Positions 21,701 through 35,640 of a DNA stretch of 64,000 bases are shown one piece after another; positions within the stretch are counted from its first letter, which is position 1; every line of letters starts with the position of its first letter. The notes under the pieces were generated by a model. The model worked only from the letters and a program-made list of their open reading frames with translations. It did no database searches and was not told the DNA's origin. Origin of the DNA: Eledone cirrhosa (Eukaryota); the NCBI GenBank assembly GCA_964016885.1, contig OZ024741.1:413292001-413356000 (forward strand), read 5' to 3'. The position numbers and the translations under genes were made by a program.

Positions 21701-24700
21701 CTGGGTGTTTTTTGTAGAGACACCTACACAACCACTTTATAGTGTGGGCTGGGTGTTTTTTGTAGTGACACCTACACAACCACTTTACAGTGTTGACTGG
21801 GTGTTTTTTGTAGAGACACCTACACAACCACTTTACAGTGTGGGCTGGGTGTTTTTTGTAGAGACACCTACACAACCACTTTATAGTGTGGGCTGGGTGT
21901 TTTTTGTAGAGACACCTACACAACCACTTTATAGTGTGGACTGGGTGTTTTTTGTAGTGACACCTACACAACCACTTTACAGTGTGGGCTGGGTGTTTTT
22001 TGTAGTGACACCTACACAACCACTTTACAGTGTTGACTGGGTGTTTTTTGTAATGACACTTACACAACCACTTTACAGTGTGGACTGGGTGTTTTTTGTA
22101 GAGACACCTACACAACCACTTTACAGTGTGGGCTGGGTGTTTTTTGTAGAGACACCTACACAACCACTTTACAGTGTGGGCTGGGTGTTTTTTGTAGAGA
22201 CACCTACACAACCACTTTATAGTGTGGGCTGGGTGTTTTTTGTAGTGACACCTACACAACCACTTTATAGTGTGGGCTGGGTGTTTTTTGTAGAGACACC
22301 TACACAACCACTTTACAGTGTGGGCTGGGTGTTTTTTGTAGAGACACCTACACAACCACTTTATAGTGTGGACTGGGTGTTTTTTGTAGTGATACCTACA
22401 CAACCACTTTATAGTGTTGACTGGGTGTTTTTTGTAGAGACACCTACACAACCACTTTATAGTGTGGGCTGGGTGTTTTTTGTAGTGACACCTACACAAC
22501 CACTTTACAGTGTGGGCTGGGTGTTTTTTGTAGTGACACCTACACAACCACTTTACAGTGTTGACTGGGTGGTTTTTGTAATGACACTTACACAACCACT
22601 TTATAGTGTGGACTGGGTGTTTTTTGTAGAGACACCTACACAACCACTTTACAGTGTGGGCTGGGTGTTTTTTGTAGAGACACCTACACAACCACTTTAC
22701 AGTGTGGGCTGGGTGTTTTATGTAGAGACACCTACACAACCACTTTATAGTGTGGGCTGGGTGTTTTTTGTAGTGACACCTACACAACCACTTTACAGTG
22801 TTGACTGGGTGTTTTTTGTAGAGACACCTACACAACCACTTTACAGTGTGGGCTGGGTGTTTTTTGTAGAGACACCTACACAACCACTTTATAGTGTGGG
22901 CTGGGTGTTTTTTGTAGAGACACCTACACAACCACTTTATAGTGTGGACTGGGTGTTTTTTGTAGTGATACCTACACAACCACTTTATAGTGTTGACTGG
23001 GTGTTTTTTGTAGAGACACCTACACAACCACTTTATAGTGTGGGCTGGGTGTTTTTTGTAGTGACACCTACACAACCACTTTACAGTGTGGGCTGGGTGT
23101 TTTTTGTAGAGACACCTACACAACCACTTTATAGTGTGGGCTGGGTGTTTTTTGTAGTGACACCTACACAACCACTTTATAGTGTGGGCTGGGTGTTTTT
23201 TGTAGTGACACCTACACAACCACTTTACAGTGTGGGCTGGGTGTTTTTTGTAGAGACACCTACACAACCACTTTATAGTGTGGGCTGGGTGTTTTTTGTA
23301 GTGACACCTACACAACCACTTTACAGTGTGGGCTGGGTGTTTTTTGTAGAGACACCTACACAACCACTTTATAGTGTGGGCTGGGTGTTTTTTGTAGAGA
23401 CACCTACACAACCACTTTACAGTGTTGACTGGGTGTTTTTTGTAGAGACACCTACACAACCACTTTATAGTGTGGGCTGGGTGTTTTTTGTAGTGACACC
23501 TACACAACCACTTTATAGTGTGGGCTGGGTGTTTTTTGTAGAGACACCTACACAACCACTTTATAGTGTGGGCTGGGTGTTTTTTGTAGTGACACCTACA
23601 CAACCACTTTACAGTGTGGGCTGGGTGTTTTTTGTAGAGACACCTACACAACCACTTTATAGTGTGGGCTGGGTGTTTTTTGTAGTGACACCTACACAAC
23701 CACTTTACAGTGTGGGCTGGGTGTTTTTTGTAGAGACACTTACACAACCACTTTATAGTGTGGGCTGGGTGTTTTTTGTAGTGACACCTACACAACCACT
23801 TTACAGTGTGGGCTGGGTGTTTTTTGTAGAGACACCTACACAACCACTTTATAGTGTGGGCTGGGTGTTTTTTGTAGAGACACCTACACAACCACTTTAC
23901 AGTGTTGACTGGGTGTTTTTTGTAGAGACACCTACACAACCACTTTATAGTGTGGGCTGGGTGTTTTTTGTAGTGACACCTACACAACCACTTTATAGTG
24001 TGGGCTGGGTGTTTTTTGTAGAGACACCTACACAACCACTTTATAGTGTGGGCTGGGTGTTTTTTGTAGTGACACCTACACAACCACTTTACAGTGTTGA
24101 CTGGGTGTTTTTTGTAGAGACACCTACACAACCACTTTATAGTGTGGGCTGGGTGTTTTTTATAGTGACACCTACACGACCACTTTACAGTGTGGGCTGG
24201 GTGTTTTTTGTACTGACACCTACACAACCACTTTACAGTGTTGACTGGGTGTTTTTTGTAGTGACACCTACACAACCACTTTACAGTGTGGGCTGGGTGT
24301 TTTTTGTAGTGACACCTACACAACCACTTTACAGTGTGGGCTGGGTGTTTTTTGTAGTGACACCTACACAACCACTTTACAGTGTTGACTGGGTGTTTTT
24401 TGTAGAGACACCTACACAACCACTTTACAGTGTGGGCTGGGTGTTTTTTGTAGAGACACCTACACAACCACTTTACAGTGTGGGCTGGGTGTTTTTTGTA
24501 GAGACACCTACACAACCACTTTATAGTGTGGGCTGGGTGTTTTTTGTAGTGACACCTACACAACCACTTTACAGTGTTGACTGGGTGTTTTTTGTAGAGA
24601 CACCTACACAACCACTTTATAGTGTGGACTGGGTGTTTTTTGTAGTGATACCTACACAATCACTTTACAGTGTGGGCTGGGTGTTTTTTGTAGAGACACC

Positions 24701-27700
24701 TACACAACCACTTTACAGTGTGGGCTGGGTGTTTTTTGTAGAGACACCTACACAACCACTTTATAGTGTGGGCTGGGTGTTTTTTGTAGTGACACCTACA
24801 CAACCCCTTTACAGTGTTGACTGGGTGTTTTTTGTAGTGACACCTACACAACCACTTTACAGTGTGGGCTGGGTGTTTTTTGTAGAGACACCTACACAAC
24901 CACTTTATAGTGTGGGCTGGGTGTTTTTTGTAGAGACACCTACACAACCACTTTATAGTATGGGCTGGGTGTTTTTTGTAGAGACACCTACACAACCACT
25001 TTACAGTGTGGGCTGGGTGTTTTTTGTAGAGACACCTACACAACCACTTTACAGTGTGGGCTGGGTGTTTTTTGTAGAGACACCTACACAACTACTTTAT
25101 AGTGTGGGCTGGGTGTTTTTTGTAGTGACACCTACACAACCACTTTATAGTGTGGGCTGGGTGTTTTTTGTAGAGACACCTACACAACCACTTTACAGTG
25201 TGGGCTGGGTGTTTTTTGTAGAGACACCTACACAACCACTTTACAGTGTTGACTGGGTGTTTTTTGTAATGACACTTACACAACCACTTTATAGTGTGGG
25301 CTGGGTGTTTTTTGTAGAGACACCTACACAACCACTTTACAGTGTGGGTTGGGTGTTTTTTGTAGAGACACCTACACAACCACTTTATAGTGTGGGCTGG
25401 GTGTTTTTTGTAGAGACACCTACACAACCACTTTATAGTATGGGCTGGGTGTTTTTTGTAGAGACACTTACACAACCACTTTACAGTGTGGGCTGGGTGT
25501 TTTTTGTAGAGACACCTACACAACCACTTTACAGTGTGGGCTGGGTGTTTTTTGTAGAGACACCTACACAACCACTTTATAGTGTGGGCTGGGTGTTTTT
25601 TGTAGTGACACCTACACAACCACTTTATAGTGTGGGCTGGGTGTTTTTTGTAGAGACACCTACACAACCACTTTACAGTGTGGGCTGGGTGTTTTTTGTA
25701 GAGACACCTACACAACCACTTTATAGTGTGGACTGGGTGTTTTTTGTAGTGATACCTACACAACCACTTTATAGTGTTGACTGGGTGTTTTTTGTAGAGA
25801 CACCTACACAACCACTTTATAGTGTGGGCTGGGTGTTTTTTGTAGTGACACCTACACAACCACTTTACAGTGTGGGCTGGGTGTTTTTTGTAGTGACACC
25901 TACACAACCACTTTACAGTGTGGGCTGGGTGTTTTTTGTAGTGACACCTACACAACCACTTTACAGTGTTGACTGGGTGTTTTTTGTAATGACACTTACA
26001 CAACCACTTTATAGTGTGGACTGGGTGTTTTTTGTAGAGACACCTACACAACCACTTTACAGTGTGGGCTGGGTGTTTTTTGTAGAGACACCTACACAAC
26101 CACTTTACAGTGTGGGCTGGGTGTTTTTTGTAGAGACACCTACACAACCACTTTATAGTGTGGGCTGGGTGTTTTTTGTAGTGACACCTACACAACCACT
26201 TTACAGTGTTGACTGGGTGTTTTTTGTAGAGACACCTACACAACCACTTTACAGTGTGGGCTGGGTGTTTTTTGTAGAGACACCTACACAACCACTTTAC
26301 AGTGTGGGCTGGGTGTTTTTTGTAGAGACACCTACACAACCACTTTATAGTGTGGGCTGGGTGTTTTTTGTAGTGACACCTACACAACCACTTTATAGTG
26401 TGGGCTGGGTGTTTTTTGTAGAGACACCTACACAACCACTTTACAGTGTGGGCTGGGTGTTTTTTGTAGAGACACCTACACAACCACTTTATAGTGTGGA
26501 CTGGGTGTTTTTTGTAGTGATACCTACACAACCACTTTATAGTGTTGACTGGGTGTTTTTTGTAGAGACACCTACACAACCACTTTATAGTGTGGGCTGG
26601 GTGTTTTTTGTAGTGACACCTACACAACCACTTTACAGTGTGGGCTGGGTGTTTTTTGTAGTGACACCTACACAACCACTTTACAGTGTGGGCTGGGTGT
26701 TTTTTGTAGTGACACCTACACAACCACTTTACAGTGTTGACTGGGTGTTTTTTGTAATGACACTTACACAACCACTTTATAGTGTGGACTGGGTGTTTTT
26801 TGTAGAGACACCTACACAACCACTTTACAGTGTGGGCTGGGTGTTTTTTGTAGAGACACCTACACAACCACTTTACAGTGTGGGCTGGGTGTTTTTTGTA
26901 GAGACACCTACACAACCACTTTATAGTGTGGGCTGGGTGTTTTTTGTAGTGACACCTACACAACCACTTTACAGTGTTGACTGGGTGTTTTTTGTAGAGA
27001 CACCTACACAACCACTTTACAGTGTGGGCTGGGTGTTTTTTGTAGAGACACCTACACAACCACTTTATAGTGTGGGCTGGGTGTTTTTTGTAGAGACACC
27101 TACACAACCACTTTATAGTGTGGACTGGGTGTTTTTTGTAGTGATACCTACACAACCACTTTATAGTGTTGACTGGGTGTTTTTTGTAGAGACACCTACA
27201 CAACCACTTTATAGTGTGGGCTGGGTGTTTTTTGTATTGACACCTACACAACCACTTTACAGTGTGGGCTGGGTGTTTTTTGTAGAGACACCTACACAAC
27301 CACTTTATAGTGTGGGCTGGGTGTTTTTTGTAGTGACACCTACACAACCACTTTACAGTGTGGGCTGGGTGTTTTTTGTAGAGACACCTACACAACCACT
27401 TTATAGTGTGGGCTGGGTGTTTTTTGTAGTGACACCTACACAACCACTTTACAGTGTGGGCTGGGTGTTTTTTGTAGAGACACCTACACAACCACTTTAT
27501 AGTGTGGGCTGGGTGTTTTTTGTAGAGACACCTACACAACCACTTTACAGTGTTGACTGGGTGTTTTTTGTAGAGACACCTACACAACCACTTTATAGTG
27601 TGGGCTGGGTGTTTTTTGTAGTGACACATACACAACCACTTTATAGTGTGGGCTGGGTGTTTTTTGTAGAGACACCTACACAACCACTTTATAGTGTGGG

Positions 27701-30700
27701 CTGGGTGTTTTTTGTAGTGACACCTACACAACCACTTTACAGTGTGGGCTGGGTGTTTTTTGTAGAGACACCTACACAACCACTTTATAGTGTGGGCTGG
27801 GTGTCTTTTGTAGTGACACCTACACAACCACTTTACAGTGTGGGCTGGGTGTTTTTTGTAGAGACACCTACACAACCACTTTATAGTGTGGGCTGGGTGT
27901 TTTTTGTAGTGACACCTACACAACCACTTTACAGTGTGGGCTGGGTGTTTTTTGTAGAGACACCTACACAACCACTTTATAGTGTGGGCTGGGTGTTTTT
28001 TGTAGAGACACCTACACAACCACTTTACAGTGTTGACTGGGTGTTTTTTGTAGAGACACCTACACAACCACTTTATAGTGTGGGCTGGGTGTTTTTTGTA
28101 GTGACACCTACACAACCACTTTATAGTGTGGGCTGGGTGTTTTTTGTAGAGACACCTACACAACCACTTTATAGTGTGGGCTGGGTGTTTTTTGTAGTGA
28201 CACCTACACAACCACTTTACAGTGTTGACTGGGTGTTTTTTGTAGAGACACCTACACAACCACTTTATAGTGTGGGCTGGGTGTTTTTTATAGTGACACT
28301 TACACGACCACTTTACAGTGTGGGCTGGGTGTTTTTTGTAGTGACACTTACACAACCACTTTACAGTGTGGGCTGGGTGTTTTTTGTAGTGACACCTACA
28401 CAACCACTTTACAGTGTGGGCTGGGTGTTTTTTGTAGTGACACCTACATAACCACTTTACAGTGTTGACTGGGTGTTTTTGGTAGTGACACCTACACAAC
28501 CACTTTACAGTGTGGGCTGGGTGTTTTTTGTAGTGACACCTACACAACCACTTTACAGTGTGGGCTGGGTGTTTTTTGTAGTGACACCTACACAACCACT
28601 TTACAGTGTTGACTGGGTGTTTTTTGTAGAGACACCTACACAACCACTTTACAGTGTGGGCTGGGTGTTTTTTGTAGAGACACCTACACAACCACTTTAC
28701 AGTGTGGGCTGGGTGTTTTTTGTAGAGACACCTACACAACCACTTTATAGTGTGGGCTGGGTGTTTTTTGTAGTGACACCTACACAACCACTTTACAGTG
28801 TTGACTGGGTGTTTTTTGTAGAGACACCTACACAACCACTTTATAGTGTGGACTGGGTGTTTTTTGTAGTGATACCTACACAACCACTTTACAGTGTGGG
28901 CTGGGTGTTTTTTGTAGAGACACCTACACAACCACTTTACAGTGTGGGCTGGGTGTTTTTTGTAGAGACACCTACACAACCACTTTATAGTGTGGGCTGG
29001 GTGTTTTTTGTAGTGACACCTACACAACCCCTTTACAGTGTTGACTGGGTGTTTTTTGTAGTGACACCTACACAACCACTTTACAGTGTGGGCTGGGTGT
29101 TTTTTGTAGTGACACCTACACAACCACTTTACAGTGTGGGCTGGGTGTTTTTTGTAGTGACACCTACACAACCACTTTATAGTGTGGGCTGGGTGTTTTT
29201 TGTAGTGACACCTACACAACCACTTTACAGTGTGGGCTGGGTGTTTTTTGTAGAGACACCTACACAACCACTTTATAGTGTGGGCTGGGTGTTTTTTGTA
29301 GTGACACCTACACAACCACTTTACAGTGTGGGCTGGGTGTTTTTTGTAGAGACACCTACACAACCACTTTATAGTGTGGGCTGGGTGTTTTTTGTAGAGA
29401 CACCTACACAACCACTTTACAGTGTTGACTGGGTGTTTTTTGTAGAGACACCTACACAACCACTTTATAGTGTGGGCTGGGTGTTTTTTGTAGTGACACA
29501 TACACAACCACTTTATAGTGTGGGCTGGGTGTTTTTTGTAGAGACACCTACACAACCACTTTATAGTGTGGGCTGGGTGTTTTTTGTAGTGACACCTACA
29601 CAACCACTTTACAGTGTGGGCTGGGTGTTTTTTGTAGAGACACCTACACAACCACTTTATAGTGTGGGCTGGGTGTCTTTTGTAGTGACACCTACACAAC
29701 CACTTTACAGTGTGGGCTGGGTGTTTTTTGTAGAGACACCTACACAACCACTTTATAGTGTGGGCTGGGTGTTTTTTGTAGTGACACCTACACAACCACT
29801 TTACAGTGTGGGCTGGGTGTTTTTTGTAGAGACACCTACACAACCACTTTATAGTGTGGGCTGGGTGTTTTTTGTAGAGACACCTACACAACCACTTTAC
29901 AGTGTTGACTGGGTGTTTTTTGTAGAGACACCTACACAACCACTTTATAGTGTGGGCTGGGTGTTTTTTGTAGTGACACCTACACAACCACTTTATAGTG
30001 TGGGCTGGGTGTTTTTTGTAGAGACACCTACACAACCACTTTATAGTGTGGGCTGGGTGTTTTTTGTAGTGACACCTACACAACCACTTTACAGTGTTGA
30101 CTGGGTGTTTTTTGTAGAGACACCTACACAACCACTTTATAGTGTGGGCTGGGTGTTTTTTATAGTGACACTTACACGACCACTTTACAGTGTGGGCTGG
30201 GTGTTTTTTGTAGTGACACTTACACAACCACTTTACAGTGTGGGCTGGGTGTTTTTTGTAGTGACACCTACACAACCACTTTACAGTGTGGGCTGGGTGT
30301 TTTTTGTAGTGACACCTACATAACCACTTTACAGTGTTGACTGGGTGTTTTTGGTAGTGACACCTACACAACCACTTTACAGTGTGGGCTGGGTGTTTTT
30401 TGTAGTGACACCTACACAACCACTTTACAGTGTGGGCTGGGTGTTTTTTGTAGTGACACCTACACAACCACTTTACAGTGTTGACTGGGTGTTTTTTGTA
30501 GAGACACCTACACAACCACTTTACAGTGTGGGCTGGGTGTTTTTTGTAGAGACACCTACACAACCACTTTACAGTGTGGGCTGGGTGTTTTTTGTAGAGA
30601 CACCTACACAACCACTTTATAGTGTGGGCTGGGTGTTTTTTGTAGTGACACCTACACAACCACTTTACAGTGTTGACTGGGTGTTTTTTGTAGAGACACC

Positions 30701-33700
30701 TACACAACCACTTTATAGTGTGGACTGGGTGTTTTTTGTAGTGATACCTACACAACCACTTTACAGTGTGGGCTGGGTGTTTTTTGTAGAGACACCTACA
30801 CAACCACTTTACAGTGTGGGCTGGGTGTTTTTTGTAGAGACACCTACACAACCACTTTATAGTGTGGGCTGGGTGTTTTTTGTAGTGACACCTACACAAC
30901 CCCTTTACAGTGTTGACTGGGTGTTTTTTGTAGTGACACCTACACAACCACTTTACAGTGTGGGCTGGGTGTTTTTTGTAGTGACACCTACACAACCACT
31001 TTACAGTGTGGGCTGGGTGTTTTTTGTAGTGACACCTACACAACCACTTTACAGTGTTGACTGGGTGTTTTTTGTAATGACACTTACACAACCACTTTAT
31101 AGTGTGGGCTGGGTGTTTTTTGTATGGAGACACCTACACAACCACTTTACAGTGTGGGCTGGGTGTTTTTTGTAGTGACACCTACACAACCACTTTACAG
31201 TGTTGACTGGGTGTTTTTTGTAATGACACTTACACAACCACTTTATAGTGTGGGCTGGGTGTTTTTTGTAGTGACACCTACACAACCACTTTACAGTGTG
31301 GGCTGGGTGTTTTTTGTAGTGACACCTACACAACCACTTTACAGTGTGGGCTGGGTGTTTTTTGTAGTGACACCTACACAACCACTTTACAGTGTTGACT
31401 GGGTGTTTTTTGTAGAGACACCTACACAACCACTTTACAGTGTGGGCTGGGTGTTTTTTGTAGAGACACCTACACAACCACTTTACAGTGTGGGCTGGGT
31501 GTTTTTTGTAGAGACACCTACACAACCACTTTATAGTGTGGGCTGGGTGTTTTTTGTAGTGACACCTACATAACCCCTTTACAGTGTTGACTGGGTGTTT
31601 TTTGTAGTGACACCTACACAACCACTTTACAGTGTGGGCTGGGTGTTTTTTGTAGTGACACCTACACAACCACTTTACAGTGTGGGCTGGGTGTTTTTTG
31701 TAGTGACACCTACACAACCACTTTACAGTGTTGACTGGGTGTTTTTTGTAATGACACTTACACAACCACTCTATAGTGTGGGCTGGGTGTTTTTTGTATG
31801 GAGACACCTACACAACCACTTTACAGTGTGGGCTGGGTGTTTTTTGTAGTGACACCTACACAACCACTTTACAGTGTTGACTGGGTGTTTTTTGTAATGA
31901 CACTTACACAACCACTTTATAGTGTGGGCTGGGTGTTTTTTGTAGAGACACCTACACAACCACTTTACAGTGTGGGCTGGGTGTTTTTTGTAGAGACACC
32001 TACACAACCACTTTATAGTGTGGGCTGGGTGTTTTTTGTAGAGACACCTACACAACCACTTTATAGTGTTGACTGGGTGTTTTTTGTAGAGACACCTACA
32101 CAACCACTTTACAGTGTGGGCTGGGTGTATTTTGTAGAGACACCTACATAACCACTTTATAGTGTGGGCTGGGTGTTTTTTGTACAGACACCTACACAAC
32201 CACTTTATAGTGTTGACTGGGTGTTTTTTGTAGAGACACCTACACAACCACTTTAGAGTGTGGGCTGGGTGTTTTTTGTAGAGACACCTACACAAGCACT
32301 TTACAGTGTGGGCTGGGTGTTTTTTGTAGAGACACCTACACAAGCACTTTACAGTGTGGGCTGGGTGTTTTTTGTAGAGACACCTACACAACCACTTTAC
32401 AGTGTGGGCTGGGTGTTTTTTGTAGTGACACCTACACAACCACTTTATAGTGTGGGCTGGGTGTTTTTTGTAGAGACACCTACACAACCACTTTATAGTG
32501 TGGGCTGGGTGTTTTTTGTAGTGACACCTACACAACCACTTTATAGTGTGGGCTGGGTGTTTTTTGTAGTGACACCTACACAACCACTTTACAGTGTGGG
32601 CTGGGTGTTTTTTGTAGTGACACCTACACAACCACTTTACAGTGTTGACTGGGTGTTTTTTTAGGTGACACCTACACAACCACTTTACAGTGTTGACTGG
32701 GTGTTTTTTGTAGAGACACCTACACAACCACTTTACAGTGTGGGCTGGGTGTTTTTTGTAGAGACACCTACACAACCACTTTATAGTGTGGGCTGGGTGT
32801 TTTTTGTAGAGACACCTACACAACCACTTTATAGTGTGGACTGGGTGTTTTTTGTAGTGATACCTACACAACCACTTTATAGTGTTGACTGGGTGTTTTT
32901 TTGTAGAGACACCTACACAAACACTTTACAGTGTGGGCTGGGTTTTTTTTTGTAGAGACACCTACACAACCACTTTATAGTGTGGGCTGGGTGTTTTTTG
33001 TAGTGACACCTACACAACCACTTTATAGTGTGGGCTGGGTTTTTTTTTGTAGAGACACCTACACAACCACATTATAGTGTGGGCTGGGTGTTTTTTGTAG
33101 TGACACCTACACAACCACTTTATAGTGTGGGCTGGGTGTTTTTTGTAGTGACACCTACACAACCACTTTATAGTGTGGGCTGGGTGTTTTTTGTAGAGAC
33201 ACCTACACAACCACTTTACAGTGTTGACTGGGTGTTTTTTGTAGAGACACCTACACAACCACTTTATAGTGTGGGCTGGGTGTTTTTTGTAGAGACTCCT
33301 ACACAACCACTTTACAGTGTGGGCTGGGTGTTTTTTGTAGTGACACCTACACAACCACTTTACAGTGTTGACTGGGTGTTTTTTGAGGTGACACCTACAC
33401 AACCACTTTACAGTGTGGGCTGGGTGTTTTTTGTAGAGACACCTACACAACCACTTTATAGTGTGGGCTGGGTGTTTTTTGTAGAGACACCTACACAACC
33501 ACTTTATAGTGTGGGCTGGGTGTTTTTTGTAGAGACACCTACACAACCACTTTACAGTGTGAGCTGGGTTTTTTTTTGTAGAGACACCTACACAACCACT
33601 TTATAGTGTGGGCTGGGTGTTTTTTGTAGTGACACCTACACAACCACTTTATAGTGTGGGCTGGGTGTTTTTTGTAGTGACACCTACACAACCACTTTAT

Positions 33701-34530
33701 AGTGTGGGCTGGGTGTTTTTTGTAGAGACACCTACACAACCACTTTACAGTGTTGACTGGGTGTTTTTTGTAGAGACACCTACACAACCACTTTATAGTG
33801 TGGGCTGGGTGCTTTTTGTAGAGACACCTACACAACCACTTTACAGTGTGGGCTGGGTGTTTTTTGTAGAGACACCTACACAACCACTTTATAGTGTGGG
33901 CTGGGTGTTTTTTGTAGAGACACCTACACAACCACTTTACAGTGTGGGCTGGGTGTTTTTTGTAGTGACACCTACACAACCACTTTACAGTGTTGACTGG
34001 GTGTTTTTTGAGGTGACACCTACACAACCACTTTACAGTGTTGACTGGGTGTTTTTTGTAGAGACACCTACACAACCACTTTACAGTGTGGGCTGGGTGT
34101 TTTTTGTAGAGACACCTACACAACCACTTTATAGTGTGGACTGGGTGTTTTTTGTAGTGATACCTACACAACCACTTTATAGTGTTGACTGGGTGTTTTT
34201 TTGTAGAGACACCTACACAAACACTTTACAGTGTGGGCTGGGTGTTTTTTGTAGAGACACCTACACAACCACTTTATAGTGTGGGCTGGGTGTTTTTTGT
34301 AGAGACACCTACACAACCACTTTATAGTGTGGACTGGGTGTTTTTTGTAGAGACACCTACACAACCACTTTATACTGTGGACTGGGTGTTTTTTGTAGTG
34401 ATACCTACACAACCACTTTATAGTGTTGACTGGGTGTTTTTTGTAGAGACACCTACACAACCACTTTACAGTGTGGGCTGGGTGTTTTTTGTAGAGACAC
34501 CTACACAACCACTTTATAGTGTGGACTGGG
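18752..34530. repeat. 48-bp tandem array, ~329 units, with higher-order repeats
   Basis: Unit ACCACTTTA(T/C)AGTGT(GG/TG)(G/A)CTGGGTGTTTTTTGTAG(A/T)GACACCTACACA; exact 48-bp phase to ~31120, scattered indels after. Confidence 0.99.
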
Positions 34531-34611
34531 TACTTTTGTGGGAAAGAGTGTGGGGATTAACTACATCAAACATTAAACTAATATGTTTCTTCATTGTATT
34601 GTGTTGATATT

Positions 34612-34850
34612 GTGGACATGTGGTTAGAATGTCTCAGGAAAGAATCCCTGGACAGATTTTACAGGCAAAACCAGCTGGCAGGAGACCCAGGGGTAGACTC
34701 CGAGCAAGATGGTTAGATAACATCTATAACATCGGCTGGTCTTGGGGATCCAGCTGGATCAGTTGGAGATGCTGGCTTCTGACAAGACCCACTGGAAGCA
34801 GTGTTTCAGGACTCTGTCCTCACAACCCTCTCAGGAATAAGTGGGTGAAG
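34612..34850 (+). mobile_element. Old RTE-clade C-terminal fragment (different family)
   Basis: GHVVRMSQERIPGQILQAKPAGRRPRGRLRARWLD resembles the RTE C-terminal GH..RM..GRP..RW signature. Confidence 0.7.
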
Positions 34851-35217
34851 AAGTTTGTACTATGTTGTTTGCTTTGTTGTCTCTCTTTACTTTTAGCATG
34901 CCTATGTATACATATATGCATATTCGGAACACTGCAGCAGATTGGAACTGCAGAAAGTGATGCATCGGTCCAGTATCTCAATTATCTTACTCCACAAAGT
35001 CATCTTCCTCACTGATTAAAGTATGTGTCCACTCTAACCAGCTGGATTTTAATTTTAATAATACAAGCTTAATTGATTATTGAGTGATTGAAGAAATGAC
35101 CAAAGCTGTGTCCATTCTATTGGACTCTTAATTATATATATACATATACATATATATATATATATATATATAGATAGATAAATATACACGGGTGTGTATG
35201 ATTGTGTATAGAAGATT

Positions 35218-35605
35218 ATATTAATAAGAGGAATTCCAACTTTGTCTGATTTACTCGTTTTATTTACAATCCTTTAAAATTTATAATGGTATTATAATGA
35301 AATAGTATGATAGAATATTAAATTCTAAGTGTTAATTGAACAAGTACTTTCATGCTTTCGCAATCTTCAGGTTCATAATATGTGGTGACAGTCAAGTTTG
35401 CAAATTTCAACTGTGAAAATTGCAAACTTGACTGTCACCACATATTATGAACCTGAAGATTGCGAAAGCATGAAAGTACTTGTTCAATTAACACTTAGAA
35501 TTTAATATTCTATCATACTATTTCATTATAATACCATTATAAATTTTAAAGGATTGTAAATAAAACGAGTAAATCAGACAAAGTTGGAATTCCTCTTATT
35601 AATAT
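35218..35605. repeat. Fold-back inverted repeat (~186-bp arms, 16-nt spacer) of a PLE-like 3' end
   Basis: 35218-35403 is the reverse complement of 35420-35605. Confidence 0.95.
35448..35486 (+). ncRNA. Minimal hammerhead ribozyme (mirror copy on - strand at 35337-35375)
   Basis: tgaac-CTGAAGA-t-tgc-gaaa-gca-t-GAAA-gtac-TT-gttca; palindromic stem III AGTACT. Confidence 0.8.
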
Positions 35606-35640
35606 ATATATATACACACACATACACACAGGTGTATGTA

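Noticed and set aside
18752-34530. CRISPR-like array or giant protein gene
   Set aside because: No unique spacers and no cas genes; eukaryotic context; the unit derives from a retroposon UTR and the ORFs follow from the 48-bp period
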